From Hyphomicrobiales bacterium (GTDB lineage: Bacteria > Pseudomonadota > Alphaproteobacteria > Rhizobiales > TMED25): DNA of 33,080 bases. The position numbers and the translations under genes are program-made. The notes below the pieces were generated by a model. It made no database searches. It saw nothing but the letters and a program-made list of their open reading frames with translations, and was not told the DNA's origin. Within the stretch, counting starts at the first letter, position 1; each line of letters opens with the position of its first letter. Positions 7,856-15,750 of this stretch are shown here, piece after piece. The stretch covers positions 1 to 33,080 of the forward strand of contig JADHLM010000003.1 in assembly GCA_016780665.1 (NCBI GenBank), in the 5' to 3' direction.

Positions 7856-9292
7856 TTAATCACCCTTTAATATTGGAATCTGATAAGTAAATTCATCTAC
7901 CAAATGATAGCCGTCTAATGGCTCGAAATGATGCCTCTTTAGGACGTAATTTGGACTTACGACTCTGTAAGCAGAAATCTGTTTAGAAATATAAACGGCC
8001 TTTTCCCAAAAATCATCATCCCCAATAACGATAATAGTTTGTATTTTTTCTATTCCTGCGTGTGTTATTTTATTGTTAATATCAGATAATCTGTTGATCA
8101 AAAGATCTTCACTATTCATATGAACAAACTCAAGAAAATTACTCCTCGAATGAATGTTTAAGTCTAAATCCGATGGAGCATCATCAAAAATAGATAGATT
8201 TTCACTACTGATAATTGAAATAACGTTACCATAAATCTTTGACTTATAAACCTTAGAACCATTATCAGTAGCGCGATTTAATACCCTGTCTAACTTAAAT
8301 AAGTCAAACTCATTTAACGCTGAGTTTTTAGAGTCGTATATTGCTTCGAGCCTTTTAACTAACATTGTATAAAATTCATCGTGCCTGGTTGTTACGCAGC
8401 TTTGCCCCTGGCAAATCACATATGCTTCCGTCGGTGAACTGCATAATTGTTGACCTAATACTGATATAGACTTCGCCACTTCTCCTGACACGATATCTTG
8501 ATTTTTATTTAAATATTCTTCCTGTATTAATAAAATGCCAGTTAGTGCTTCCATATTTATAATATTTGGCCTATGTGAATTTTTTCTTACTGCTTGGTAA
8601 TAATATTCATTAGCTTCTCTGCCCCCCCAAATATTGATAACATCCCATGGTACAACATTTAATAATTGATCTAGTTCTAACTTTTGCATTTCAATTTGAT
8701 GGTCAAGATTTGTAAAATATATTGGAGTGCCATCGTCAAAGGGAAGAGAACTAAAAAGTTCTGTTATAGCAACTTGATGTAATTTTGGTAATTGAATAAC
8801 AGTCACATTCCCACAAAGAAAAGACAGTATACTGGCAGTAATTACTGGTAAAATAGTGTTTGAACTGCCAACTATTAAAATTAGACCCTTGGGTGATATG
8901 ACATATTCATAATTATCTGAAAGTCTCCGATTTACAGAGAGACATTCACTGTCATAAGAATTTGAAAAAGAATTACTCGGATTTTGAAAAATATTTTTTA
9001 TGGTTTCCATAGAAAATAACTCTTTGAGCAGATTAATCTCAATTTTTACTCCATTCTCTGGATATCCAAATTCAGTCATTCTATGAAAGAATTTATTTTC
9101 AACATCTTTCCAATGCTTAGTCTTAATATAATTACTGATTTTTTCTAGTTCTGCTAACCTATCTTGCAAACTCTTTTTTTTCTGTCGTGATAATTTATCA
9201 GCAAACTCCGTGAGCCATGGATATTTTTTATATAAGTTGGCCTCAACATTGCTATTATTATCATTTTTAAACCTAGAAAAAAATCTAATCAT
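7856..9292 (-). CDS. LuxC-like acyl-CoA/acyl-protein reductase (ALDH-fold)
   Basis: PKGLILIVGSSN, LCGN, WGGREA and QQLCSSP (candidate catalytic Cys). The ATG at 9292 overlaps the upstream stop (ATGA) and is preferred over the GTG at 9298. Confidence 0.8.
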   Translation of the reverse strand: MIRFFSRFKNDNNSNVEANLYKKYPWLTEFADKLSRQKKKSLQDRLAELEKISNYIKTKHWKDVENKFFHRMTEFGYPENGVKIEINLLKELFSMETIKNIFQNPSNSFSNSYDSECLSVNRRLSDNYEYVISPKGLILIVGSSNTILPVITASILSFLCGNVTVIQLPKLHQVAITELFSSLPFDDGTPIYFTNLDHQIEMQKLELDQLLNVVPWDVINIWGGREANEYYYQAVRKNSHRPNIINMEALTGILLIQEEYLNKNQDIVSGEVAKSISVLGQQLCSSPTEAYVICQGQSCVTTRHDEFYTMLVKRLEAIYDSKNSALNEFDLFKLDRVLNRATDNGSKVYKSKIYGNVISIISSENLSIFDDAPSDLDLNIHSRSNFLEFVHMNSEDLLINRLSDINNKITHAGIEKIQTIIVIGDDDFWEKAVYISKQISAYRVVSPNYVLKRHHFEPLDGYHLVDEFTYQIPILKGD

Positions 9293-10620
9293 CCACACCC
9301 TTCGCGTATTTTGAACCCTTCATCTTCTTTTGCGCGACGAGAATATATGAAGCCATTTTGGGATAAGTTTCTTTTTCCCATAACCGTATCAATTTGATTT
9401 TTATCATCAGCTGGCTTTACAAAATCTCCAGGCACAATCGCTTCAATGTAATCAAGAGTCGCAAAATTTAAATAATATAACAAGTAATCTTTACCAGGCT
9501 TCGGATTCTTGACTGGAGTCAAATCAGTAGGTGACTCTAACAAAGCAATATAAGTAAGAGGATGAGGATATTTGACCCATGCATCAGAAGTTTGAGGATC
9601 ATTAGGTAAGCCTATAAATACACACAATGACTCTGTTAGACCCAACATATCTATTACTGGAGCTGATTTTTTAACCTTACTTCCTGTAAATATTTTATCT
9701 CCAGTTGCTCTTACAACCTGATCTAATGATGTAATGTGCGAAGGTAGTCTTTTTAGACCGCCTCCAATCATTAAAACTCCATTTTCACCTAGCTGCACAG
9801 GAGGGGCACCAAGAGATAATTTCATCATCAGAGCTTTGAACCCCGTCGGCTCAATGAACATCTTATATAAGCCAACTCCGCTAGCAATAAAGTATTTTGT
9901 ACTATTTTTGCTCTGAAAAAACTTCCTCATTTCTTTTATATTTGGGCCTATTCTTTGCCAAATGGTGGAGTCTTTAGGACCTTTGTTAACTTTTGCTCCA
10001 AAAGAGACTGACAAACCTCTGTGCCTCAGAAAATCTGAACCAATTGCAGCAAAAGCAAGAAAGTCTGTCATTTCTGGTGCCATGTGAAATAAACACTCTC
10101 CATCATTTATCTCCTTACCAATGGACCAATCAATCAAATTACCATTAATTTTTCTAGATAAATCTAATGATAGATTTGATCTATATACATTAACGGGCCC
10201 TATTGTTCCCAATGTTGTGCCACTTGACATGAAGCTCATGCCAAAGGATTTATCTGAAAAATGTTCAATTAAGCGTGACTTCTGGCCATCTCCTCTCAAA
10301 TCATCGGAGTGGATTCTTAATTTTATAAGATCATGTAATTTTATATCTTTCTTGAGTTTCCCATCATTATTTTCAGCTAAGCCACGGCTAAAAAATAACT
10401 TTTTGTAATAACCATTTTTATCATGACGTAAAAAAAACTCTAGATATGGATATATTAAACTATTCTGCAACCTCTCAGTATCATTTGGAGAGAAATCAGT
10501 CATAATGTTTTTATTAGACAGTACTTCCTGAAGTTTTTTTACATAGGGATCATCAATAACAAATGATTTTTCTATTGATAGATCTGCAGGCATTCCATGC
10601 CCATTAAAAGCTCCTATCAT
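9289..10620 (-). CDS. Divergent LuxE-like acyl-protein synthetase (adenylate-forming)
   Basis: FMSSGTT P-loop, GGGLK, DMLGLTE, GD motif and C-terminal R...EGCG with the acyl-accepting Cys typical of LuxE; AGGGGG RBS. Confidence 0.75.
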   Translation of the reverse strand: MIGAFNGHGMPADLSIEKSFVIDDPYVKKLQEVLSNKNIMTDFSPNDTERLQNSLIYPYLEFFLRHDKNGYYKKLFFSRGLAENNDGKLKKDIKLHDLIKLRIHSDDLRGDGQKSRLIEHFSDKSFGMSFMSSGTTLGTIGPVNVYRSNLSLDLSRKINGNLIDWSIGKEINDGECLFHMAPEMTDFLAFAAIGSDFLRHRGLSVSFGAKVNKGPKDSTIWQRIGPNIKEMRKFFQSKNSTKYFIASGVGLYKMFIEPTGFKALMMKLSLGAPPVQLGENGVLMIGGGLKRLPSHITSLDQVVRATGDKIFTGSKVKKSAPVIDMLGLTESLCVFIGLPNDPQTSDAWVKYPHPLTYIALLESPTDLTPVKNPKPGKDYLLYYLNFATLDYIEAIVPGDFVKPADDKNQIDTVMGKRNLSQNGFIYSRRAKEDEGFKIREGCG

Positions 10621-10662
10621 TATTCAACCCCCCTATTTATAAATAATGAATATCAAATTATC

Positions 10663-11082
10663 TCATAAGAAAATCTTATCAGATAATGAATAAGTCAACA
10701 AAGAATAAGAGAGTAATTTAAATACTGATGCATACATTGCTTCTGGAGATACCTTATATTTTCCTCTCCCATATGTCATGGCAATATCAAAATAGGATAA
10801 AGTGTTATAAATTGTACTAGCTCCAAATACGACGATGCCAAAAACGAAAAAAGCCCAGTTACCAGAAGGCCCAAAAATTAGTATTAAAAATGCAACCGTT
10901 GCCTCTGCTGTTGGCCAACATGCGGCAAATCTTGCGATTAATGCTGCAGACTCATCGATATTATACCTTGCTAAAACTTTTTTTGTTTCCCAAAGTTGGA
11001 CTGCTGCATAAAACCCAGGTGTAAATATACAAGCAAAAATAAACAATACTAATGTGTATATGTTGTTAAAATTCTCTACCAT
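10663..11082 (-). CDS. Hypothetical integral membrane protein (~4 TM)
   Basis: Four hydrophobic segments; strong GGAGG RBS; 14-nt gap to the upstream gene. Confidence 0.8.
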   Translation of the reverse strand: MVENFNNIYTLVLFIFACIFTPGFYAAVQLWETKKVLARYNIDESAALIARFAACWPTAEATVAFLILIFGPSGNWAFFVFGIVVFGASTIYNTLSYFDIAMTYGRGKYKVSPEAMYASVFKLLSYSLLTYSLSDKIFL

Positions 11083-11096
11083 CTAAAATCCTCCCT

Positions 11097-11783
11097 CTAT
11101 TCTTTATTTGTTACAACATCAACTAACACTGCGATTATTAGATTTAATATTGTAATTGAACCAATTGCAATAAAACTATAAAAATAAATCCAAGCCCACC
11201 AAAATATTTCTTGCATTGGTAACATAACAGTTTCCCAACTGGATAGAGTTAGAACTTGAAAAAGAGTTATCATCGCAACGCCCAAATCACCCCAACGACC
11301 TGGGTCTGAAGTAGCGAATAAAATACTACCAATTGATGCATAAACATAAATTATAATAAACAGCAACAATGAAACATAAAAGACCCTTTTTAATGACTTT
11401 AGTAATGACTCAATGAGTTCCTTCAATTCGGGAATTGCTGAGATTAGTCTTAATACCCGAAAAATTCTTAACAACCTTAGAACAAGTATTGAGGAGTTTG
11501 GTCCTACAGGAATAATTGAGGCTATTACTATTATCGTATCAAATATATTCCATCCATCCTTAAAGAAATGTAACTTCCTTTTTTCTGCAAAAAATCGTAT
11601 CGAAATCTCTACCACAAAAAAAAGAGTTATCAATACATCCAAGGAATGAAGAATAAATAGAATACTTGGTGGTATATTATATGTGGATGCACCAACTAAA
11701 AGTGCAGATAATATAATGGCGAATACAACAATGGCCTGAAAAAGCCTGTGATCTTTGATATTTTTAAATAAGTTTCTGTTCAT
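11097..11783 (-). CDS. Voltage-gated ion channel, BacNav/NaChBac-like (Ion_trans)
   Basis: GWNIFD in S3; S4 LRLLRIFRVLRLI; pore FQVLTLSSWE; S6 ILNLIIAVLV. Start set at ATG 11783, which overlaps the cutA stop (ATGA). Confidence 0.9.
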   Translation of the reverse strand: MNRNLFKNIKDHRLFQAIVVFAIILSALLVGASTYNIPPSILFILHSLDVLITLFFVVEISIRFFAEKRKLHFFKDGWNIFDTIIVIASIIPVGPNSSILVLRLLRIFRVLRLISAIPELKELIESLLKSLKRVFYVSLLLFIIIYVYASIGSILFATSDPGRWGDLGVAMITLFQVLTLSSWETVMLPMQEIFWWAWIYFYSFIAIGSITILNLIIAVLVDVVTNKE

Positions 11784-12103
11784 GTCTCTGTTGTGATTGA
11801 TTTCAAGAGCCAATTTGCATAATCATCATCGATTTGAGTAATAGGTAACCCAATAATGCACGGTATCTCATATGAATGAAACTTTTTTATTTGTTTTTTA
11901 ATTTCAGTAAAATTCTTTTCAATTGCTTTCATAATGATTGTACATTCTTCATCTTGGGCAATCTTATTGTCCCATTTATATAAAGAGATCATTGAAGGGT
12001 ATATGTTTGAACAAGCAATTAAATTATTTTCAAGTAAAATTTCAGATATGCGTTTTGCTTCATTCAATGAAGAACATGTGGTGTAGATTAGAAAAAATTT
12101 CAT
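11780..12103 (-). CDS. cutA: Divalent-cation tolerance protein CutA
   Basis: LIACSNI, SLYKWD and HSYEIPCI motifs. Confidence 0.93.
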   Translation of the reverse strand: MKFFLIYTTCSSLNEAKRISEILLENNLIACSNIYPSMISLYKWDNKIAQDEECTIIMKAIEKNFTEIKKQIKKFHSYEIPCIIGLPITQIDDDYANWLLKSITTET

Positions 12104-12759
12104 TTCTTAAACCTCTTAATGAATAGCAAAACCAAACTATATAATAATATTGCATTTAATATATGCCAGATCAAGTGCGTTCCAAATGGTATATAGGAAC
12201 AAGCAAAAGCATCGATTTGTCTAAATGTTAGAGAAATTATAAAGATAATTGATGCAATAAATAGTCCTCTTGAGATTTCAAGTTCTTGTTTCACAAGTGA
12301 TATAGCTGATATGAAAAGCATGGCAAATAGCGCTGTTAAATAGGATGATATTTCCTCCACACCAGCATACCCAAGCAAGATATTCAAACTCAAAAAAATA
12401 ATAAGTGCAACAACTGAAAGTAAATTAGTTTGTTCAAGATAAAATCTAACTGCGATGTAAAGATAGAAAAGTATAAATATCATTATTGGTAATGTATCTG
12501 CAAACGCAGACCACAAATTACCAAATGCATGAAATAAGAAGCTGCCTAAGCCAATTAGTAAGATTAAATAGGTTAATATAGTTGAGTATCTTTTATGAGA
12601 CTTATCGCTAAAAGATACATCTTTTAATTTCCGAAGAAGAATATAAAAAGCGATAATGAAAGCGATATTGGATAAAAAATTAATGGGTTCTGCAAATAGG
12701 TCTGAAGATACCCTTTCACAATAAATATCTATGCTTGTATTGAGGTTAATTGATGACAC
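12100..12759 (-). CDS. Ceramidase-like (CREST superfamily) 7-TM membrane hydrolase
   Basis: YCER, EPINFLSN, GSFLFH, ADTLP and THLIWH: the Zn-binding SxxxH/D/HxxxH pattern. Confidence 0.85.
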   Translation of the reverse strand: MSSINLNTSIDIYCERVSSDLFAEPINFLSNIAFIIAFYILLRKLKDVSFSDKSHKRYSTILTYLILLIGLGSFLFHAFGNLWSAFADTLPIMIFILFYLYIAVRFYLEQTNLLSVVALIIFLSLNILLGYAGVEEISSYLTALFAMLFISAISLVKQELEISRGLFIASIIFIISLTFRQIDAFACSYIPFGTHLIWHILNAILLYSLVLLFIKRFKK

Positions 12760-12766
12760 TAATTAA

Positions 12767-13144
12767 CTATGCACTTAATTCTGTGATTTTTTCTTTTGCT
12801 TCTCTGAGCTGTTTCATAATATTTCTCATTCTTGGCATCATATTATTTTCCCAATATTTTAACATCTCAATATTATCTCTGGTTATATTATAAACACCAG
12901 AAAAATGCTCAATTAATTCATCAGAGCCTGCAAGAAATATACCATCTAATGACTCGACGGTTGGAAAGCTTGCTTTTTGGCCTGACTTTTCGAGAATATA
13001 CATCGTTATTTCCTCATATGACTCTTCATCAGCATGCGCAACGTGTAATTCAAAATCAACTAATTTATTTATTTCATTGAGATACACAATAAACTTGTAG
13101 GAAAATGGGCATCCTGCTTTAACGAATAATTTATTTTTGTTCAT
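12767..13144 (-). CDS. Glutaredoxin/GST N-terminal-like thioredoxin-fold protein
   Basis: Monothiol CPFS motif, FPTV cis-Pro loop and GSDELI. Confidence 0.75.
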   Translation of the reverse strand: MNKNKLFVKAGCPFSYKFIVYLNEINKLVDFELHVAHADEESYEEITMYILEKSGQKASFPTVESLDGIFLAGSDELIEHFSGVYNITRDNIEMLKYWENNMMPRMRNIMKQLREAKEKITELSA

Positions 13145-13157
13145 TTAATTCTCGCTT

Positions 13158-14060
13158 CTATTTTATAAAATTTCCTGTATTTAAATCTTGCATAGCTTGG
13201 ATAAGTTCTTCTCTTGAATTCATGACAATTGGTCCGTGCCATGCTATTGGCTCTCTAATTGGTTTTCCAGATACAAGTAGAAATCTTACCCCTTCATCAA
13301 AAGTGTGCAATACAACATTTTCTCCTGGATCAAAATAAATTAGAGTCTTATTCCCCGAGGAGTCCCTAATATTGAATTCTTCGCCATTAAATTCCTTTTC
13401 TACTCTGATACCGACAGGATCTGAAGCATATTGAAAATGAGCTGAACCGCTAAATACGTACGCAAATGTACTTTTATAAGTATCAATTTTCAGTAATTTA
13501 TTCGTATTTGGTGGCACATAGACATCTAAAAACTGAGGCTCAGCAGCTATTCCATCTACAGGTCCCAATATCCCTCTGTAATCGCCAACTACAACTTTAA
13601 TTTTTGACCCGTCATCATCTTCAACTATTGGAATCCCCGTAGTATCTATATCTTGATATCTGGGTGAAGTCATTTTTTTATCAGATGGCAAATTAGCCCA
13701 TAATTGAAATCCATGCATCTGTCCAATCTCATTACCTTGAGGCATCTCTTGGTGCATGATCCCTGAACCAGCAGTCATCCATTGCACATCGCCGCCTGCA
13801 AGAAGTCCAGTATTACCGAGACTATCTTTATGTTCAACTGTTCCTTCAAGCACATATGTAATTGTTTCAATTCCTCTATGCGGATGCCATGGAAATCCCG
13901 CCTTATATTTTTCTGGGTCTTCATTTCTAAAATCATCTAATAACAAAAATGGATCAAATTTTTCTGGGTCTGCAAAACCAAATACTCTGTCAAGTGATAC
14001 ACCTGCTCCTTCCAGAACAGATTTTGGATTTGATTTAGTTGTGATTGGCCTAAATGACAT
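13158..14060 (-). CDS. Pirin family protein
   Basis: DPFLLLD, GFPWHPHRGIET, WMTAGSGIMHQE, QLWANLP and GPIVMN. Confidence 0.95.
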   Translation of the reverse strand: MSFRPITTKSNPKSVLEGAGVSLDRVFGFADPEKFDPFLLLDDFRNEDPEKYKAGFPWHPHRGIETITYVLEGTVEHKDSLGNTGLLAGGDVQWMTAGSGIMHQEMPQGNEIGQMHGFQLWANLPSDKKMTSPRYQDIDTTGIPIVEDDDGSKIKVVVGDYRGILGPVDGIAAEPQFLDVYVPPNTNKLLKIDTYKSTFAYVFSGSAHFQYASDPVGIRVEKEFNGEEFNIRDSSGNKTLIYFDPGENVVLHTFDEGVRFLLVSGKPIREPIAWHGPIVMNSREELIQAMQDLNTGNFIK

Positions 14061-14068
14061 TTAAACTC

Positions 14069-14281
14069 CTAATTAAAAAATTTCATAATCGTAATGACTG
14101 TCATAGTAACTGCACATGCGAAGGATATCATTATTATCATCCCTAAGTAATGAGCCATCCTATTTGATGAAAGGGTGTCATCTATAACAGCCTCATCATT
14201 TGCTTTTACTTTTCTAAATAGGTATCCTGAAATGAGGAAAATACCATAAAATATCAATGTGTATTTGAGTTCTGTAGTCAT
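14069..14281 (-). CDS. Small hypothetical membrane protein (2 TM)
   Basis: 70 aa with two hydrophobic segments; first gene of the tightly packed minus-strand run, 8 nt from pirin. Confidence 0.65.
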   Translation of the reverse strand: MTTELKYTLIFYGIFLISGYLFRKVKANDEAVIDDTLSSNRMAHYLGMIIMISFACAVTMTVITIMKFFN

Positions 14282-14377
14282 TTTTTAACAAATTAACATA
14301 ATTAAATCTCTGTGGGTTTACTTATTATAAGAAAAATTATATCCTCTTTAGAGAATTTGTGCAAATAGGAGTGAAAT

Positions 14378-15196
14378 ATGCCCATAATAAAGAAATTTGA
14401 TGATATAGAATTTAAATTTGATGATGATGGAATTAAATTTAAAAATCTTATCACTAAAGAAGACTTGGTAGATTCAAGAGTTACATTAGATTACTTTGAA
14501 TTGTCGGCACAAAAAAACTTAATTATTGAAAATAGCGAAAATGATGTTATGTGGATCCAAATATTATCAGGATTAATTAACATTGAAGATACTATTATTG
14601 ATCACAACAAGATCATCTTCATAAAAGGAAATAAAAATATAGACTGTGGTGCAATAGAAGCTTCAAATTTAGTTATTACAAAGATCCTGAATTACAAGGT
14701 TCACGAAAAAAACCCTACTGATAATTTTGAAAAGACCATAAATATAATTAACTGGGGAAATGAGCCTATCTTGAAATCTGAACATGATGATAGAAAAAGA
14801 GTTTATTTACTCTCTGAAACACTGGCTGATACTGATAGCGTTAAAGGAGAATTAATAATCTATCCAAAAGATACTTCTTGCCCAGAACATTACCACGTTG
14901 GTGCTGAACATTATCAATTTCTTACAGAGGGCAATGTTATTGCTGTACTTGATGGGAAAGAGTATGAATTATCAAAATACGATATTTTATATAATTTTGA
15001 AAATGAAAACCATTGGTTTTATACAAAAAATAGTATTTGTGAGTTTGTCGAATTTTTCATTCCTGGTGAAGCAAAGACAATCTGGACTCAAACAACAAAT
15101 GTGTGCACATGGTCACCAATTGGATTGGATATTAATGGGGAAAAACCTTCTAGACATATTGAAAAACATGTCCACGGTGAAGGAAAAAATATTTAA
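14378..15196 (+). CDS. Cupin-domain protein
   Basis: PEHYHVGAEH...G and NENHWF cupin metal motifs in the C-terminal half; AGGAG RBS. Confidence 0.85.
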   Translation: MPIIKKFDDIEFKFDDDGIKFKNLITKEDLVDSRVTLDYFELSAQKNLIIENSENDVMWIQILSGLINIEDTIIDHNKIIFIKGNKNIDCGAIEASNLVITKILNYKVHEKNPTDNFEKTINIINWGNEPILKSEHDDRKRVYLLSETLADTDSVKGELIIYPKDTSCPEHYHVGAEHYQFLTEGNVIAVLDGKEYELSKYDILYNFENENHWFYTKNSICEFVEFFIPGEAKTIWTQTTNVCTWSPIGLDINGEKPSRHIEKHVHGEGKNI

Positions 15197-15226
15197 AAAA
15201 GTGATCCTTCACTTAAACAATCACGT

Positions 15227-15332
15227 TATGTTGTTGTGTGGGTAAGATGAATGTAAGTATAAACCTCATCTTACAAATAAATTTCAACATATCCCTATTA
15301 ATCCCTAAGGTTGATATCACTTACCCGCACAA
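15227..15332. other. Intergenic element with nested, mutually exclusive inverted repeats (candidate sRNA, MITE-like element or terminator)
   Basis: TTGTGTGGGTAAG (15234-46) pairs with CTTACCCGCACAA (15320-32); GTAAGATGA (15242-50) pairs with TCATCTTAC (15266-74); ATCCCTA occurs twice. Confidence 0.4.
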
Positions 15333-15334
15333 AA

Positions 15335-15664
15335 CTAACCTACTTTTGTTGCTCCCGTTTCACATCTATAGAGTTTGTTATCTTTTTTTGTGTAAGCTGC
15401 AAGAACAGCTTCTTTTGTATTATCCGGGAAAGCTATAACCATATGCTCTACTAATATATCCTCATTTTCATAGACGCATCTGTGCTGTTCAATTGTAAAG
15501 CTATCGCTGGCAAAAAAACCTTTGATCATACCAAGAGTTTCCTCTCTATTCATTGTTGTGCCAGATTGGTGTCTTATAAATGTATATTCTTCATGAATAT
15601 AACTACTAAATTTATCAAAATCCCTATTAGCTCTGGCTTCTTTTAGTTCTGGAAAAATATTCAT
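15335..15664 (-). CDS. NTF2-like/SnoaL-fold small protein
   Basis: Start reassigned to ATG 15664 with a GAGGA RBS: MNIFPELKEARANRDFDKF...RCVYENEDILVEH...CETGATKVG. Confidence 0.8.
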   Translation of the reverse strand: MNIFPELKEARANRDFDKFSSYIHEEYTFIRHQSGTTMNREETLGMIKGFFASDSFTIEQHRCVYENEDILVEHMVIAFPDNTKEAVLAAYTKKDNKLYRCETGATKVG

Positions 15665-15750
15665 TAACTCAATCCTCTCATGATTATCATTGATTCTTAG
15701 GAAGATTATAACATAAGATGTTTCAGTAAAATAAAATTTTAAATTTAAAT

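Noticed and set aside
7048-10620. Bioluminescence operon lighting its own blue rhodopsin
   Set aside because: There is no luxA/luxB, luxD or luxG in the window, the luxC/E-like genes are very divergent, and the energetics are implausible. It would need a luciferase elsewhere in the genome.
14378-15196. Cupin as a DMSP lyase
   Set aside because: Only the generic HxHxxxE/H cupin motif is visible, with nothing specific to Ddd enzymes.
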